Assembly (NCBI GenBank): GCA_012103475.1
Contig: WLWS01000006.1
Coordinates: 136,518-200,517, forward strand
DNA from: Gammaproteobacteria bacterium
GTDB lineage: Bacteria > Pseudomonadota > Gammaproteobacteria > Eutrophobiales > Eutrophobiaceae
Reading direction: 5' to 3'
Length of the DNA stretch: 64,000 bases
Part shown: piece after piece, positions 26,664 to 35,933 of the stretch
Position numbering within the stretch: the stretch's first letter is position 1
Layout of the letters: each line of letters opens with the position of its first letter
Notes under the pieces: generated by a model
Database searches by the model: none
What the model saw: the letters and a program-made list of their open reading frames with translations, nothing else
Told to the model about the DNA's origin: nothing
Made by a program: the position numbers and the translations under genes

Positions 26664-28505
26664 ATGAAAAAATTAGCAATCATTTTAGCCGCGCTGTTCT
26701 TTTGTCTGGATGCTTCAGCTAAAGAAGCAGCAGTCACTTACTCTCCGGTTGTTGGTAAAACTTACCCGACAAAACTTCTCTGGGGTGACACCCATCTACA
26801 CACAAATAATTCTGCAGATTCTTTCACTTTTGCCAATAAATCGTTGACTGCAGAAGACGCGTACAAATTCGCACGTGGTGAAGAGGTTAATTCGCAATTT
26901 GGCCTGCCCGCGAAATTACGTGTTCCACTAGATTTCCTTGTTGTTGCTGATCATGCAGAATTCCTGGGTATATTCAGTTTGCTTGACGCCGAGGCACCGG
27001 AGTTTCTGCGTACTAAACTGGGAAAGTACTGGCATGAAAATATCAAAGCTGGTCGCTGGAATATTGTCCTGAAAGATTTTGTTCGCGCCTTGCGAGGTGA
27101 GGAATGGGATTTTGAGGTAGACAAGGAAATTGCGGTTTCTGTCTGGAATGAGGTCGCGAGAGTTGCTGATCAGTACAACGAGCCAGGTCGATTTACCACT
27201 TTTTCAGGGTTTGAGTGGAGTTCCATGCCGGATGGAAATAATTTACACCGCGTTGTCATGTTCAAGGATAGTGCTGAAATGGTAACGCAGGTTCTGCCTT
27301 TCTCAGCAATCGACAGTTCCGATCCTGAAGATTTATGGCAGTATCTGCAAGACTATGAGAATACGAGTGGTGGTGAAGCACTGGCTATTCCTCATAATCC
27401 AAACGTGAGTAATGGGTTAATGTTTTCATCAAAGAAAATGGATGGAAATAAACTTGATTCCGTTTACGCCTCATTACGTTCGCGCTGGGAACCTATACTC
27501 GAGGTAACTCAGACGAAAGGCGATAGTGAAGCCCATCCTTTTTTATCACCGAATGATGAGTTTGCTGATTACGAAACCTGGGATTCCGTAAATATTGACG
27601 GCAGTACTGTAAAGGAAAATTGGATGCTTAAGTATGAATACGCACGTTCAGCCTTGAAGATGGGCCTTGAGTATCAAAACAGCTTGAAAGCTAATCCATT
27701 TGAGTTTGGGATGATAGGCAGTACTGACTCGCATACATCACTGGCCACAGCCGAAGAGGATAACTGGTACGGCAAGTTTCCGCTGGAAAGACCCGGACCG
27801 GATAGAGCAACAGGTAAAAACCCACCATTTTATGATTACTGGCGTTTGGGGGCGGCAGGTTACGCCGCGGTCTGGGCACATGAGAATAGCAGAGAGTCGA
27901 TTTTCGCTGCGATGAAAAGAAAAGAGGTGTATGCCAGTACCGGGCCCAGAATAGTACTACGTATGTTTGCAGGTTGGGGTTTTCTGCCTGATGATGTTTA
28001 CGCACATGATTATGTTGACATTGGTTATTCCCAGGGTGTATCGATGGGCTCAAAACTGGATGAAATTCAGTCTCCTAATGGGGTACCACGTTTCATGGTT
28101 ACGGCTGTGAAAGATCCTAATGGTGCCAACCTCGATAGAATCCAGATCATTAAGGGCTGGTTAGATGGGGATGGGGTAGCCCAGGAAAAAATTTACAATA
28201 TTGCGGTATCTGATCAAAAACGAATTAACAAAGAGAATGGTGAAGTACAGCCTGTCGGTAATACTGTCATAGTAAGTGAAGCAAGTTACAGTAATAAAAT
28301 TGGTGCAGCGCAATTAATCGCCTATTGGCGGGATCCCGATTTTTTAAAAGATTCGGGGGCATTTTATTATGTTCGAGTTTTAGAAATTCCAACGCCAAGA
28401 TGGACGGCATATGATGCGAAGAAATTCACACAGGATTTACCTGATGAAATCCAGACATGGCAGCAGGAACGGGCATATTCTTCTCCTATCTGGTATAAGC
28501 CCTGA
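26664..28505 (+). CDS. secreted DUF3604-family protein (PHP-like metal-dependent hydrolase fold)
   Basis: Signal peptide MKKLAIILAALFFCLDASA. LWGDTHLHTNNSADSF and later HNPN motifs are as I recall for DUF3604; about 610 aa. Confidence 0.65.
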   Translation: MKKLAIILAALFFCLDASAKEAAVTYSPVVGKTYPTKLLWGDTHLHTNNSADSFTFANKSLTAEDAYKFARGEEVNSQFGLPAKLRVPLDFLVVADHAEFLGIFSLLDAEAPEFLRTKLGKYWHENIKAGRWNIVLKDFVRALRGEEWDFEVDKEIAVSVWNEVARVADQYNEPGRFTTFSGFEWSSMPDGNNLHRVVMFKDSAEMVTQVLPFSAIDSSDPEDLWQYLQDYENTSGGEALAIPHNPNVSNGLMFSSKKMDGNKLDSVYASLRSRWEPILEVTQTKGDSEAHPFLSPNDEFADYETWDSVNIDGSTVKENWMLKYEYARSALKMGLEYQNSLKANPFEFGMIGSTDSHTSLATAEEDNWYGKFPLERPGPDRATGKNPPFYDYWRLGAAGYAAVWAHENSRESIFAAMKRKEVYASTGPRIVLRMFAGWGFLPDDVYAHDYVDIGYSQGVSMGSKLDEIQSPNGVPRFMVTAVKDPNGANLDRIQIIKGWLDGDGVAQEKIYNIAVSDQKRINKENGEVQPVGNTVIVSEASYSNKIGAAQLIAYWRDPDFLKDSGAFYYVRVLEIPTPRWTAYDAKKFTQDLPDEIQTWQQERAYSSPIWYKP

Positions 28506-28639
28506 CAGTCTCAGTTATCAATTTTTCATTTTTTAGTGTTCGAATGTATTTGGCCCATATATCACTTTCTTCAAAATCGTTGTTTATCGTATCGAAGGTC
28601 CTGTCTGGGTGTTGATTTATTTTAGATTAATGTATTAAG

Positions 28640-28651
28640 ATATGCGCATAT
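28640..28651. promoter_or_regulatory. perfect 12-bp palindrome ATATGCGCATAT, candidate ArsR-family operator
   Basis: Read directly from the sequence. Lies 21-32 nt upstream of the arsR-family ATG (28672) and just upstream of the GAGGA ribosome-binding site. Confidence 0.5.
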
Positions 28652-28671
28652 TAGAAACTGAGGATAAGTGA

Positions 28672-29028
28672 ATGCCCGCTCGCGAAGTGGTCGCCCGGGA
28701 ACTCGCGGAAACTTTCCGAGTTTTGGGTCACGAATTAAGAATACGTATCGTCGAGGAACTGGCACATGGCCACAAAGGCGAACTCGATGTGCATACTCTG
28801 GTGGATATTCTGGATGTGCCTCAGCCTACTGTTTCCCAGCATCTGGGCGTACTTCGGAATGCGAAACTGGTTAAACAACGTCGAGTGGGCCGGCATGTAC
28901 ATTACTCGCTGACGAATCGACAGCTGGCCGGATGGCTTCTCAAGGCTTTGCTTTTTCTGGATGTGCGCTCTCATGATGCTGAAGAGCTGAGTCGAGCCGT
29001 CGAAGATGTTCGACGGGTATGGGGTTAA
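28672..29028 (+). CDS. ArsR/SmtB-family winged-helix transcriptional regulator (cysteine-free)
   Basis: FRVLGHELRIRIVEEL ... VPQPTVSQHLGVLRNAKLV...GRHVHYSL are canonical ArsR HTH motifs. There are no Cys residues, and ELDVHTL sits where ELCVCDL would be. Confidence 0.85.
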   Translation: MPAREVVARELAETFRVLGHELRIRIVEELAHGHKGELDVHTLVDILDVPQPTVSQHLGVLRNAKLVKQRRVGRHVHYSLTNRQLAGWLLKALLFLDVRSHDAEELSRAVEDVRRVWG

Positions 29029-29053
29029 TTACATATTTAATGGGAAGAGAGAT

Positions 29054-30685
29054 ATGACTACGACAACTACCGATATACCTCAGGGAACTATAGATGGACT
29101 CAAACGTCACTGGAAAGACGATATGTTATCGGGCTTTCTGGTATTTCTTATTGCCTTGCCTTTATGTCTTGCCATCTCGCTTGCCTGTGGCTACCCGGCA
29201 ATAGCCGGTGTATTCACGGCGATTATTGGCGGTATTTTGTCCGCTTTTATAAGCAATTCCGAATTGACGATCAAAGGCCCTGCTGCCGGACTTATTGTGG
29301 TCGCTTTGGGCTGTGTCACCGAATTCGGTTTCACAGGAGGACAGGATCTCGCTGCAGATATCCAGGCCTATCGATTGGCTCTGGGAGTCGGAGTAGTCGC
29401 CGGTATTATTCAAATTCTTTTTGGCGTTTTCCGCTCCGGCATACTCGGCGAATTTTTTCCTACATCAGCCGTTCACGGCTTGCTGGCTTCTATCGGTATT
29501 CTGGTCATATCCACGCAAGTACCAATTGTGCTTGGCGTCGCCGCCGGTGGGACACCGCTCGAGCGACTGGCCGCCATTCCAAGCTATTTCATTGAAATGA
29601 ATCCAGTTATAGCCCTGATAGGCGGAATAAGTCTCATCATCATGTTCGGGTTTCCGCTCATTAAGAATCCGCGGCTCAAAATCATACCGGCGCCCATGCT
29701 TGTCCTTTTAGTAGCTGTTCCTCTCGGCATGTATTTCGATATAGGCACTGAACAAATAGTGATGTTCGCAGGACAAGAGGCTTCACTCGGGCCACGCTAC
29801 CTTGTCGATGTGCCTAATAACATGTTCACTGCACTGACCTTTCCGGACTTTTCAGGAGTAATGACAAAAACCGGCATAACCTACATCATCATGTTCTCAT
29901 TAATCGGCAGTGTTGAATCCCTGTTAAGTGCAAAAGCCGTTGATCAGATTGACCCATGGCGTCGTAAAACTAATATGGACAAGGATCTTCTCGCCGTTGG
30001 CATTGGTAACACAGCTGCAGCCTTTGTTGGTGGTCTACCGATGATTTCCGAGATCGTACGAAGTAAAGCCAATATAGATAATGGTGCGCGTACCCGCTTC
30101 GCTAACATGTTTCATGGCTTCTTCCTGCTAGCCTTTGTCGCTCTGGTACCTGCATTAATCGATCGTATTCCCCTCGCAGCGCTTGCAGCGATGCTGGTAT
30201 TTACAGGTTTTCGACTCGCGTCCCCACAAGAGTTCGTCCATATGTACAAAATTGGTCGAGAGCAATTTATCATTTTTGTCTCGACCATCATTGGTGTGCT
30301 TGCAACTGATCTGCTTGTTGGCATCTGTATTGGAATACTGGTGAAAGCAATCATCCACGTCATCAATGGCGCGCCAATCGTTTCCTTGTTCAAGCCCAGT
30401 ATCACAGTTGAAAACGAGAGCGATGAGACGGCGACAATTAAGGTAGATAAATCCGCCCTGTTCAGCACCTGGATCGCGCTGAAAAACCGAATCGGCGGAC
30501 AAAGCGCGAAGCAAGTCATTGTCGACTTGTCTGACACCAAATTCGTGGACCACACTGTGATGGCGAATCTGGAAGCACTCGCCAAAGAATTCAGTGAGAG
30601 TGATCGCGAACTCTTAATCACAGGAATAGAGGAACATAAATCCTTATCTGAACATCCCCTGGCAGCACGAAAGAAATCGTACTGA
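29054..30685 (+). CDS. SulP-family anion transporter with C-terminal STAS domain (candidate bicarbonate transporter)
   Basis: DMLSGFLVFLIALPLCLAISLACGYPAIAGVFTAIIGG and TIKGPAAGLIVV are typical of SulP. The C-terminal section (QVIVDLSDTKFVDHTVMANLEAL) looks like STAS. Start set to ATG 29054. Confidence 0.85.
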   Translation: MTTTTTDIPQGTIDGLKRHWKDDMLSGFLVFLIALPLCLAISLACGYPAIAGVFTAIIGGILSAFISNSELTIKGPAAGLIVVALGCVTEFGFTGGQDLAADIQAYRLALGVGVVAGIIQILFGVFRSGILGEFFPTSAVHGLLASIGILVISTQVPIVLGVAAGGTPLERLAAIPSYFIEMNPVIALIGGISLIIMFGFPLIKNPRLKIIPAPMLVLLVAVPLGMYFDIGTEQIVMFAGQEASLGPRYLVDVPNNMFTALTFPDFSGVMTKTGITYIIMFSLIGSVESLLSAKAVDQIDPWRRKTNMDKDLLAVGIGNTAAAFVGGLPMISEIVRSKANIDNGARTRFANMFHGFFLLAFVALVPALIDRIPLAALAAMLVFTGFRLASPQEFVHMYKIGREQFIIFVSTIIGVLATDLLVGICIGILVKAIIHVINGAPIVSLFKPSITVENESDETATIKVDKSALFSTWIALKNRIGGQSAKQVIVDLSDTKFVDHTVMANLEALAKEFSESDRELLITGIEEHKSLSEHPLAARKKSY

Positions 30686-33552
30686 TGAGCGCAAGCACTC
30701 CATTCTACCGTCTCATCGAGGAGGCGGCCGAACCAGTTTCTCAGTTCTGGCCAATGAAAGGATTTGTCTCGCACAATCCAATACAGGGCCTCGAACATCT
30801 TCCTTTTGACGAAGCATTCCGGCAGGCAAAAGATCTGTTTGGCGCGGAAGGATATTTACCAGCAGAGGAATATCGGGCTTTGTTGCAGACTGGTCGTATA
30901 ACACAGGAAAGCGTGAATAGCGCGATGGCTCGTGTTGGTCCAGAGAATGATGAGTCTGTATCTTTATCATCGCGAACAATTTCAGCAAAGGAAGTACTGA
31001 GGCTTCATTTGCTGCATGGGATTGATGTGCTTGAGCCGGCACTACTTGAATGGCAGCTAACAAGTGGAGGTGCTTTAGAGAAGCCCTTTGCAGCTGCTAC
31101 TACAGAGTTGGACTTAGCCGGATTGTGGCAACAAGTGTTATCTATATTGAAGCTTGCCGACGGCTCTACGAACAAAAAGGGACCGATATCTGCGCAGGCA
31201 GATGAGGCCAGGCTCGATTTACCATTTCGCCGAACCCTCAGTGACTGGCTTGACGAGCTTACCAACTCCTCACTAGTCGCAAGCATCGATCAGCATCTGA
31301 TCAAATGGACATCCTCCTTTGTCGATGAAGGCATGGCCAGCTGGTCTATGCCAGGCAGGCCTTCCGGTTTTTATCTTGCGTGGCGTGAACTCGCCCAGCA
31401 CGATGCGAGTGCCCGACTCCTGGGAATAAAGAACTTTTCATCAAAGGTGGCCGCTTTGCCAGAGGATCCGGAAGCTGGCATCCAGCAATCGCTACAGGCA
31501 CTTCAGATTCCTGAAGCACGTTGGCCGGACTATTTAACCAGAGTGCTCGCCCAGTTGCCAGGCTGGACAGGATTGATTCGCTGGCGTGGGTTGAACCCGG
31601 ATGATCCGATTCAGAAAGCAGCGCCGATCGATGTTGTGCAATATCTTGCCGTTCGCATGTTTTATGAACGGGAGCTTGTTCAATTACAGGCCTCTCGGGA
31701 ATGGCGTATCGAAGGTAATTTACCAACGCTTACAAAATATCTGCAAGAACATGGCAGGGCGCCGGAAGCCACAGTTAGTGCCAACAAAGCGGCGGTATGC
31801 AGCGATGCCTGGCGATTGTTTAATCTCATGCAGCTTTTGAAATCTGAAGCAAGCTCTTTTACTGATATTAGATATGAGCAGGCAAAAGTTATGCTTGGCT
31901 GGCTTGATGAATTTCCTGTTGAGCAACATTTACCCGTTTGGCTTGAGGCATATGAAGATTCCTATCGGAATGAATTGTTGTCAAAAATTCACGCACACAG
32001 GGGAAACGTAACCGAAGCTAAGGAGCGACCACTCGCCCAGGCGGCATTTTGTATTGATGTTCGCTCAGAGCCCTTCCGCCGTCATTTTGAAGCAACAGGG
32101 GCAATAGAAACAATTGGTTATGCGGGCTTTTTCGGTATCCCGATGAGTCACCGCGGGTACGACACAGAAGAGTCCTTTCCACTTTGCCCGGTATTGCTGT
32201 CACCCTCAAATGCACTCTATGAATTACCTCGGGAAGGTCAGCAACAGGCACTCTCAAAATACGCCTCGGGTACACGCTGGCTACAACTAGGGGAGCAACT
32301 ATTTCACGATATAAAGCACAGTCCGATTGCGTCGTTTTTATTGGTAGATGTGCTTGGACTGTTTTTTAGCGTTGCGCTAATTGGCAAAACGCTCTTTCGG
32401 CGTTCTTACCATATCCTGCTTAGTGCAATGAAAAAATGGTTTGTTCAATCTGTCGAGACTGAGATTCAGGCCGGTGAAGAGACAGGTGATAAACCACGAG
32501 TTAGCGGCGTACCGGTTGAGCTTACTCGAGGTTATAGTGTTGCGCAGCAGGCTGATTTCGTCGAAGGTGGACTGCGAGTTACCGGGCTGACGGAAAATCT
32601 TGGCCGATTTGTCGTGCTCTGTGGTCACGGCAGTACAACTGACAATAACCCGTATTCTGCCGCCCTCGACTGCGGTGCATGTGGTGGGCGTCACGGCGAT
32701 CCGAATGCACGTACTTTTGCTATAATGGCGAATAATCCTTTGGTTCGAGCGGAGATCAAGAGGCGTGGTCTTGATATCCCGGAAGACACCTGGTTCTTAC
32801 CAGCAAAGCACAATACCACTGCCGATACGATCGAATTTTACGATGTCGTAGATGTTCCCCAAAGTCATCGAGAAGATCTGGAGAAGCTTCGCCAGTTATT
32901 TATTGAAGGTGGTGAGCAGCAGGCTCTTGACCGTTGCAAACGCATTCCGGGAACTCCGAGTAACATGACCGCGAAACAGGCTTTCGCACATGTTGAGTCA
33001 AGGAGCTTTGACTGGGCGACATCCCGACCTGAATGGGGCCTTTCGGGTAACGCCGCCTTTATCATTGGAAGACGGATGATGACCAAGGGTCTTGATTTAG
33101 GAGGACGTTGTTTCTTACATTCTTACAACGCACTTTCTGATCCGGAAGGCGCCTTGCTGGAAAAAATAATGACGGCACCGCTTGTAGTGGGCGAGTGGAT
33201 CAATATGCAGTACTACACCTCTGCAACTGATCCCTGGAAATACGGCAGTGGCAGCAAAGTTATTCATAATGTTGTGGGAGGAGTGGGGGTTATGTATGGC
33301 GCGCAAAGCGATCTGGCTACAGGCTTACCGCTGCAGACTGTGAATGATGGCGCCAGCCATTTTCACGAGCCCGTACGTTTACTGACTTTGATTGAAGCTG
33401 ATCACGCGATTGTTGGCGAAATCATCGCCAGACATGACATACTGCAACAGTTTTTTCATAACGGCTGGTTGAATCTTGTCGTTATCGATCCGAATACATT
33501 TGAGTTCCGTCGGTACAACACAGACGCAAGCTGGGAGTTGCTTGAGCTATGA
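30685..33552 (+). CDS. dabA: DabA (DUF2309) - carbonic-anhydrase-like subunit of DIC-accumulating (DAB/Mps) complexes
   Basis: 955 aa. N-terminus FWPMKGFVSHNPIQGLEHLPFDEA. CIDVRSE motif (C456, D458). GHGS (H648) and LDCGACGG (C663), with the same H-to-C spacing of 15 as the published DabA Zn site. The ATG overlaps the sulP stop. Confidence 0.85.
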   Translation: MSASTPFYRLIEEAAEPVSQFWPMKGFVSHNPIQGLEHLPFDEAFRQAKDLFGAEGYLPAEEYRALLQTGRITQESVNSAMARVGPENDESVSLSSRTISAKEVLRLHLLHGIDVLEPALLEWQLTSGGALEKPFAAATTELDLAGLWQQVLSILKLADGSTNKKGPISAQADEARLDLPFRRTLSDWLDELTNSSLVASIDQHLIKWTSSFVDEGMASWSMPGRPSGFYLAWRELAQHDASARLLGIKNFSSKVAALPEDPEAGIQQSLQALQIPEARWPDYLTRVLAQLPGWTGLIRWRGLNPDDPIQKAAPIDVVQYLAVRMFYERELVQLQASREWRIEGNLPTLTKYLQEHGRAPEATVSANKAAVCSDAWRLFNLMQLLKSEASSFTDIRYEQAKVMLGWLDEFPVEQHLPVWLEAYEDSYRNELLSKIHAHRGNVTEAKERPLAQAAFCIDVRSEPFRRHFEATGAIETIGYAGFFGIPMSHRGYDTEESFPLCPVLLSPSNALYELPREGQQQALSKYASGTRWLQLGEQLFHDIKHSPIASFLLVDVLGLFFSVALIGKTLFRRSYHILLSAMKKWFVQSVETEIQAGEETGDKPRVSGVPVELTRGYSVAQQADFVEGGLRVTGLTENLGRFVVLCGHGSTTDNNPYSAALDCGACGGRHGDPNARTFAIMANNPLVRAEIKRRGLDIPEDTWFLPAKHNTTADTIEFYDVVDVPQSHREDLEKLRQLFIEGGEQQALDRCKRIPGTPSNMTAKQAFAHVESRSFDWATSRPEWGLSGNAAFIIGRRMMTKGLDLGGRCFLHSYNALSDPEGALLEKIMTAPLVVGEWINMQYYTSATDPWKYGSGSKVIHNVVGGVGVMYGAQSDLATGLPLQTVNDGASHFHEPVRLLTLIEADHAIVGEIIARHDILQQFFHNGWLNLVVIDPNTFEFRRYNTDASWELLEL

Positions 33553-34019
33553 AAGTTTTTATTGCAATCGCGCTCTTTGCATTGTGGCTGGTGTTGTCTG
33601 CATCCTTTAACCCGGCCCATGTAGTGCTGGGAGCAATTGTTGCTTTAATCGTTGCCTGGATAAACCCGATAGGCACTCCCTATACGCGACGCTTTTTATG
33701 GCTGCGAGCGCTGGGCTATGCGCCCTGGCTATTCGGGCGAGTTGTTAAAAGCGGCTTACACGTCAGTCGACTTATTCTTTATCCTGCTCTGCCAATCAAG
33801 CCCGAGCTTATACAACACAAAACAAAGCTTCGCAGCGAAGGAGAGCTTGTTGTACTAGGCAATTCAATCACCCTTACGCCTGGTACGATCACCGTCGAAG
33901 TAGCGCCTGGCGAACTTATCGTACATGCCATTGATGCATCAGCGCAGCAGGACCTTATCAGTGGAGTGCTTGATGAGAAGGTCAGTCGTTTGTTCTCAGC
34001 ATGGGAGGGAGATCAGTGA
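33549..34019 (+). CDS. mrpE: Mrp/Mnh antiporter subunit E-like (MbhA-like)
   Basis: NSITLTPGTITVEV signature. Two N-terminal TM helices. ATGA overlap with the dabA stop. Confidence 0.8.
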   Translation: MKVFIAIALFALWLVLSASFNPAHVVLGAIVALIVAWINPIGTPYTRRFLWLRALGYAPWLFGRVVKSGLHVSRLILYPALPIKPELIQHKTKLRSEGELVVLGNSITLTPGTITVEVAPGELIVHAIDASAQQDLISGVLDEKVSRLFSAWEGDQ

Positions 34020-34288
34020 GTTCATTTTTTGTTTTTGTGCTCGTTACCCTGACGATGCTGATGCTTGTTTATTTATATCGTGTTATTCGCGGACCCAGTG
34101 TCTTTGACCGTGTGCTTGGATTAAACGGTATATCCACCAAGGCAATTGTTTTACTTGTGTTGCTTGGCACGATGTTTGAACGCGTCGATATGTTCGTGGA
34201 TATTTCAACCGGATACGCACTATTGAATCTCGTTGGTGCACTGGCCATCGCGAAATTCCTTGAAGAAAGGGGGACCTCAGAGAAATGA
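34016..34288 (+). CDS. mrpF: Mrp/Mnh subunit F-like (MbhB-like)
   Basis: YRVIRGPSVFDRVLGLN signature. GTG 34016 gives a GTGA overlap with the mrpE stop; an alternative ATG lies at 34001. Confidence 0.75.
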   Translation: MSSFFVFVLVTLTMLMLVYLYRVIRGPSVFDRVLGLNGISTKAIVLLVLLGTMFERVDMFVDISTGYALLNLVGALAIAKFLEERGTSEK

Positions 34289-34584
34289 CCGCCTTAGCAG
34301 TTTTTCTAATAGTCGTAGGACTATTTTTTCTTGTTGTTGGCTCGATTGGTATGATGCGCTTGCCGGATGTCTTTTCCCGTGCACACGCACTTTCGCTTAC
34401 TGATTCACTCGGGGCCGTTTTCGTTCTGGCAGGGCTTGCGGTCTATGAAGGTTTTACCCTTAATTTTCTTCGGATCATTGTTGTGCTACTGCTCGTCTAC
34501 CTGATGAATCCTGCAATTTCACACGCGACATTAAGGGCAGCATACCGTTCAGGTCTTCGGCCTTCTGCAAAGGAAGAAAAATGA
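34285..34584 (+). CDS. mrpG: Mrp/Mnh subunit G-like (MbhC-like)
   Basis: VGSIGMMRLPDVFSRAHALSLTDSLG signature; ATGA overlap with the upstream gene. Confidence 0.8.
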   Translation: MTALAVFLIVVGLFFLVVGSIGMMRLPDVFSRAHALSLTDSLGAVFVLAGLAVYEGFTLNFLRIIVVLLLVYLMNPAISHATLRAAYRSGLRPSAKEEK

Positions 34585-35105
34585 CAATTGAAATTCCACT
34601 TCTTATTTTACTGGTGATGACAGCTGCTGGTGCCATGCTGGTGAAGGATCTTATTTCTTCAGTGTTCATTCTTGGTTCCTATAGCTTCGCACTGTCACTT
34701 GTCTGGGCACTCCTGGGCGCAGTTGATGTGGCTTTTGTAGAGGCCGTTGTCGGGGCAGGACTGGCAACGGTCTTCTTCCTGTTAACCTTATTCCGGACCA
34801 CAGAAAAAGATGACGTTATACGTCGTCCGCCGGTACCCTGGGCGGCAATAATTGGCCTGCCCCTGTTAGGTTTACTGCTTCTTTATGGAGCGGGTGATCT
34901 ACCCGCATTTGGCGATGTAAGTTCTCCGGCAAGCACGCATATTTCTCCCTACTACCTCGAGAACAGTGTTGCGCAAACCCGAACTCCGAACGTGGTGACC
35001 GCTGTGCTCATGGATTATCGTTCTTTCGATACCTTTATCGAGACCATCGTGATATTTACCGCAGGGATTGCCTGCGCACTCATTCTCAGGAAGGGCGGCG
35101 AATGA
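34581..35105 (+). CDS. MbhD/MbhE-like protein (DUF4040 + MnhB N-terminal-type segment; equivalent to the MrpA C-terminal domain)
   Basis: AVDVAFVEAVVGAGLATVFFLL (DUF4040-like) and NVVTAVLMDYRSFDTFIETIVIF (MnhB-type) motifs. Confidence 0.7.
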   Translation: MTIEIPLLILLVMTAAGAMLVKDLISSVFILGSYSFALSLVWALLGAVDVAFVEAVVGAGLATVFFLLTLFRTTEKDDVIRRPPVPWAAIIGLPLLGLLLLYGAGDLPAFGDVSSPASTHISPYYLENSVAQTRTPNVVTAVLMDYRSFDTFIETIVIFTAGIACALILRKGGE

Positions 35106-35563
35106 TTCAGCCACATGACAGCGCTATCGTGCGTTCACTTGGTCATGTTGTCATTCCGATAGCTCAACTCTTCGGGGCTTATGTACTGGTGTTTGGTCAA
35201 CACGGACCGGGGGGCGGCTTTGTCGGTGGTGTGGTCATTGCGGCCAGCATGATCATGGCCATTTTAATCTTCGGCGTTGACTCTGCTGATAGTACGCTCG
35301 CCCGAAAAATACTGCATGGAGACGGGCTGGGTCTGCTGCTCTTTGGCGGTGTTGGCGGACTCTGCCTGATCGGAGGAGGTCAATTTCTGAATTACAGCTT
35401 CTTGCAAATCCCTGGTCTCGACGAAGCGTCTCAACATTATGCCGGAATACTATTGACCCAGATTGGGGTCGCCATGGATGTCGCAGTTACCGGCGTGTCA
35501 ATTGCCGTCAGTCTGTCATTTGAAGAAGATGAAATTTCTCAAGACGAGGTGAAAGATGCTTGA
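35102..35563 (+). CDS. mrpB: Mrp/Mnh subunit B-like (MbhF-like)
   Basis: GQHGPGGGFVGGVVIAAS signature of the MnhB domain. Confidence 0.75.
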   Translation: MIQPHDSAIVRSLGHVVIPIAQLFGAYVLVFGQHGPGGGFVGGVVIAASMIMAILIFGVDSADSTLARKILHGDGLGLLLFGGVGGLCLIGGGQFLNYSFLQIPGLDEASQHYAGILLTQIGVAMDVAVTGVSIAVSLSFEEDEISQDEVKDA

Positions 35564-35933
35564 GCTATTGCAAACACTGATACAACGACCGAACTTTGTT
35601 GTTTTCGTCATCTTGTTTCTTTGGGGCATCTATATCATGGCGGCCCATCCAAACTTCGTTAAAAAACTCATCGGTCTGTATATTGTGCAGATCAGCGCGA
35701 TTTTTTTTCTTGTCGCCTTCAGTGCCAAACAAGGTGCGACGGTACCGGTCATAATGGAAGGGGCGGCAGCGGTGGAACCACTTATCTATGCAAATCCGCT
35801 TCCACATGTGCTGACTGTAACGGCTATTGTGGTCCAGGTTGCAACTCTTGGCGTCTCGCTGGCACTCGTGGCGGGGATTTATCGGAAGTTTGGCACTCTC
35901 GATGAAGATAAAGTGATGGAACAGCTAAAATGA
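35556..35933 (+). CDS. mrpC: Mrp/Mnh subunit C-like (NuoK-like, MbhG-like)
   Basis: 125 aa with three TM helices and a NuoK/MnhC-like pattern; position between mrpB and mrpD. Confidence 0.7.
   Translation: MLELLQTLIQRPNFVVFVILFLWGIYIMAAHPNFVKKLIGLYIVQISAIFFLVAFSAKQGATVPVIMEGAAAVEPLIYANPLPHVLTVTAIVVQVATLGVSLALVAGIYRKFGTLDEDKVMEQLK

Noticed and set aside
28612-28640. Sigma-70-like promoter (TTGATT at 28612-28617 and TATTAA at 28633-28638) for the ArsR-SulP-DabA operon
   Set aside because: The spacer is only about 15 bp and alternative hexamers exist. It is not annotated because the call would be arbitrary without 5'-end mapping.
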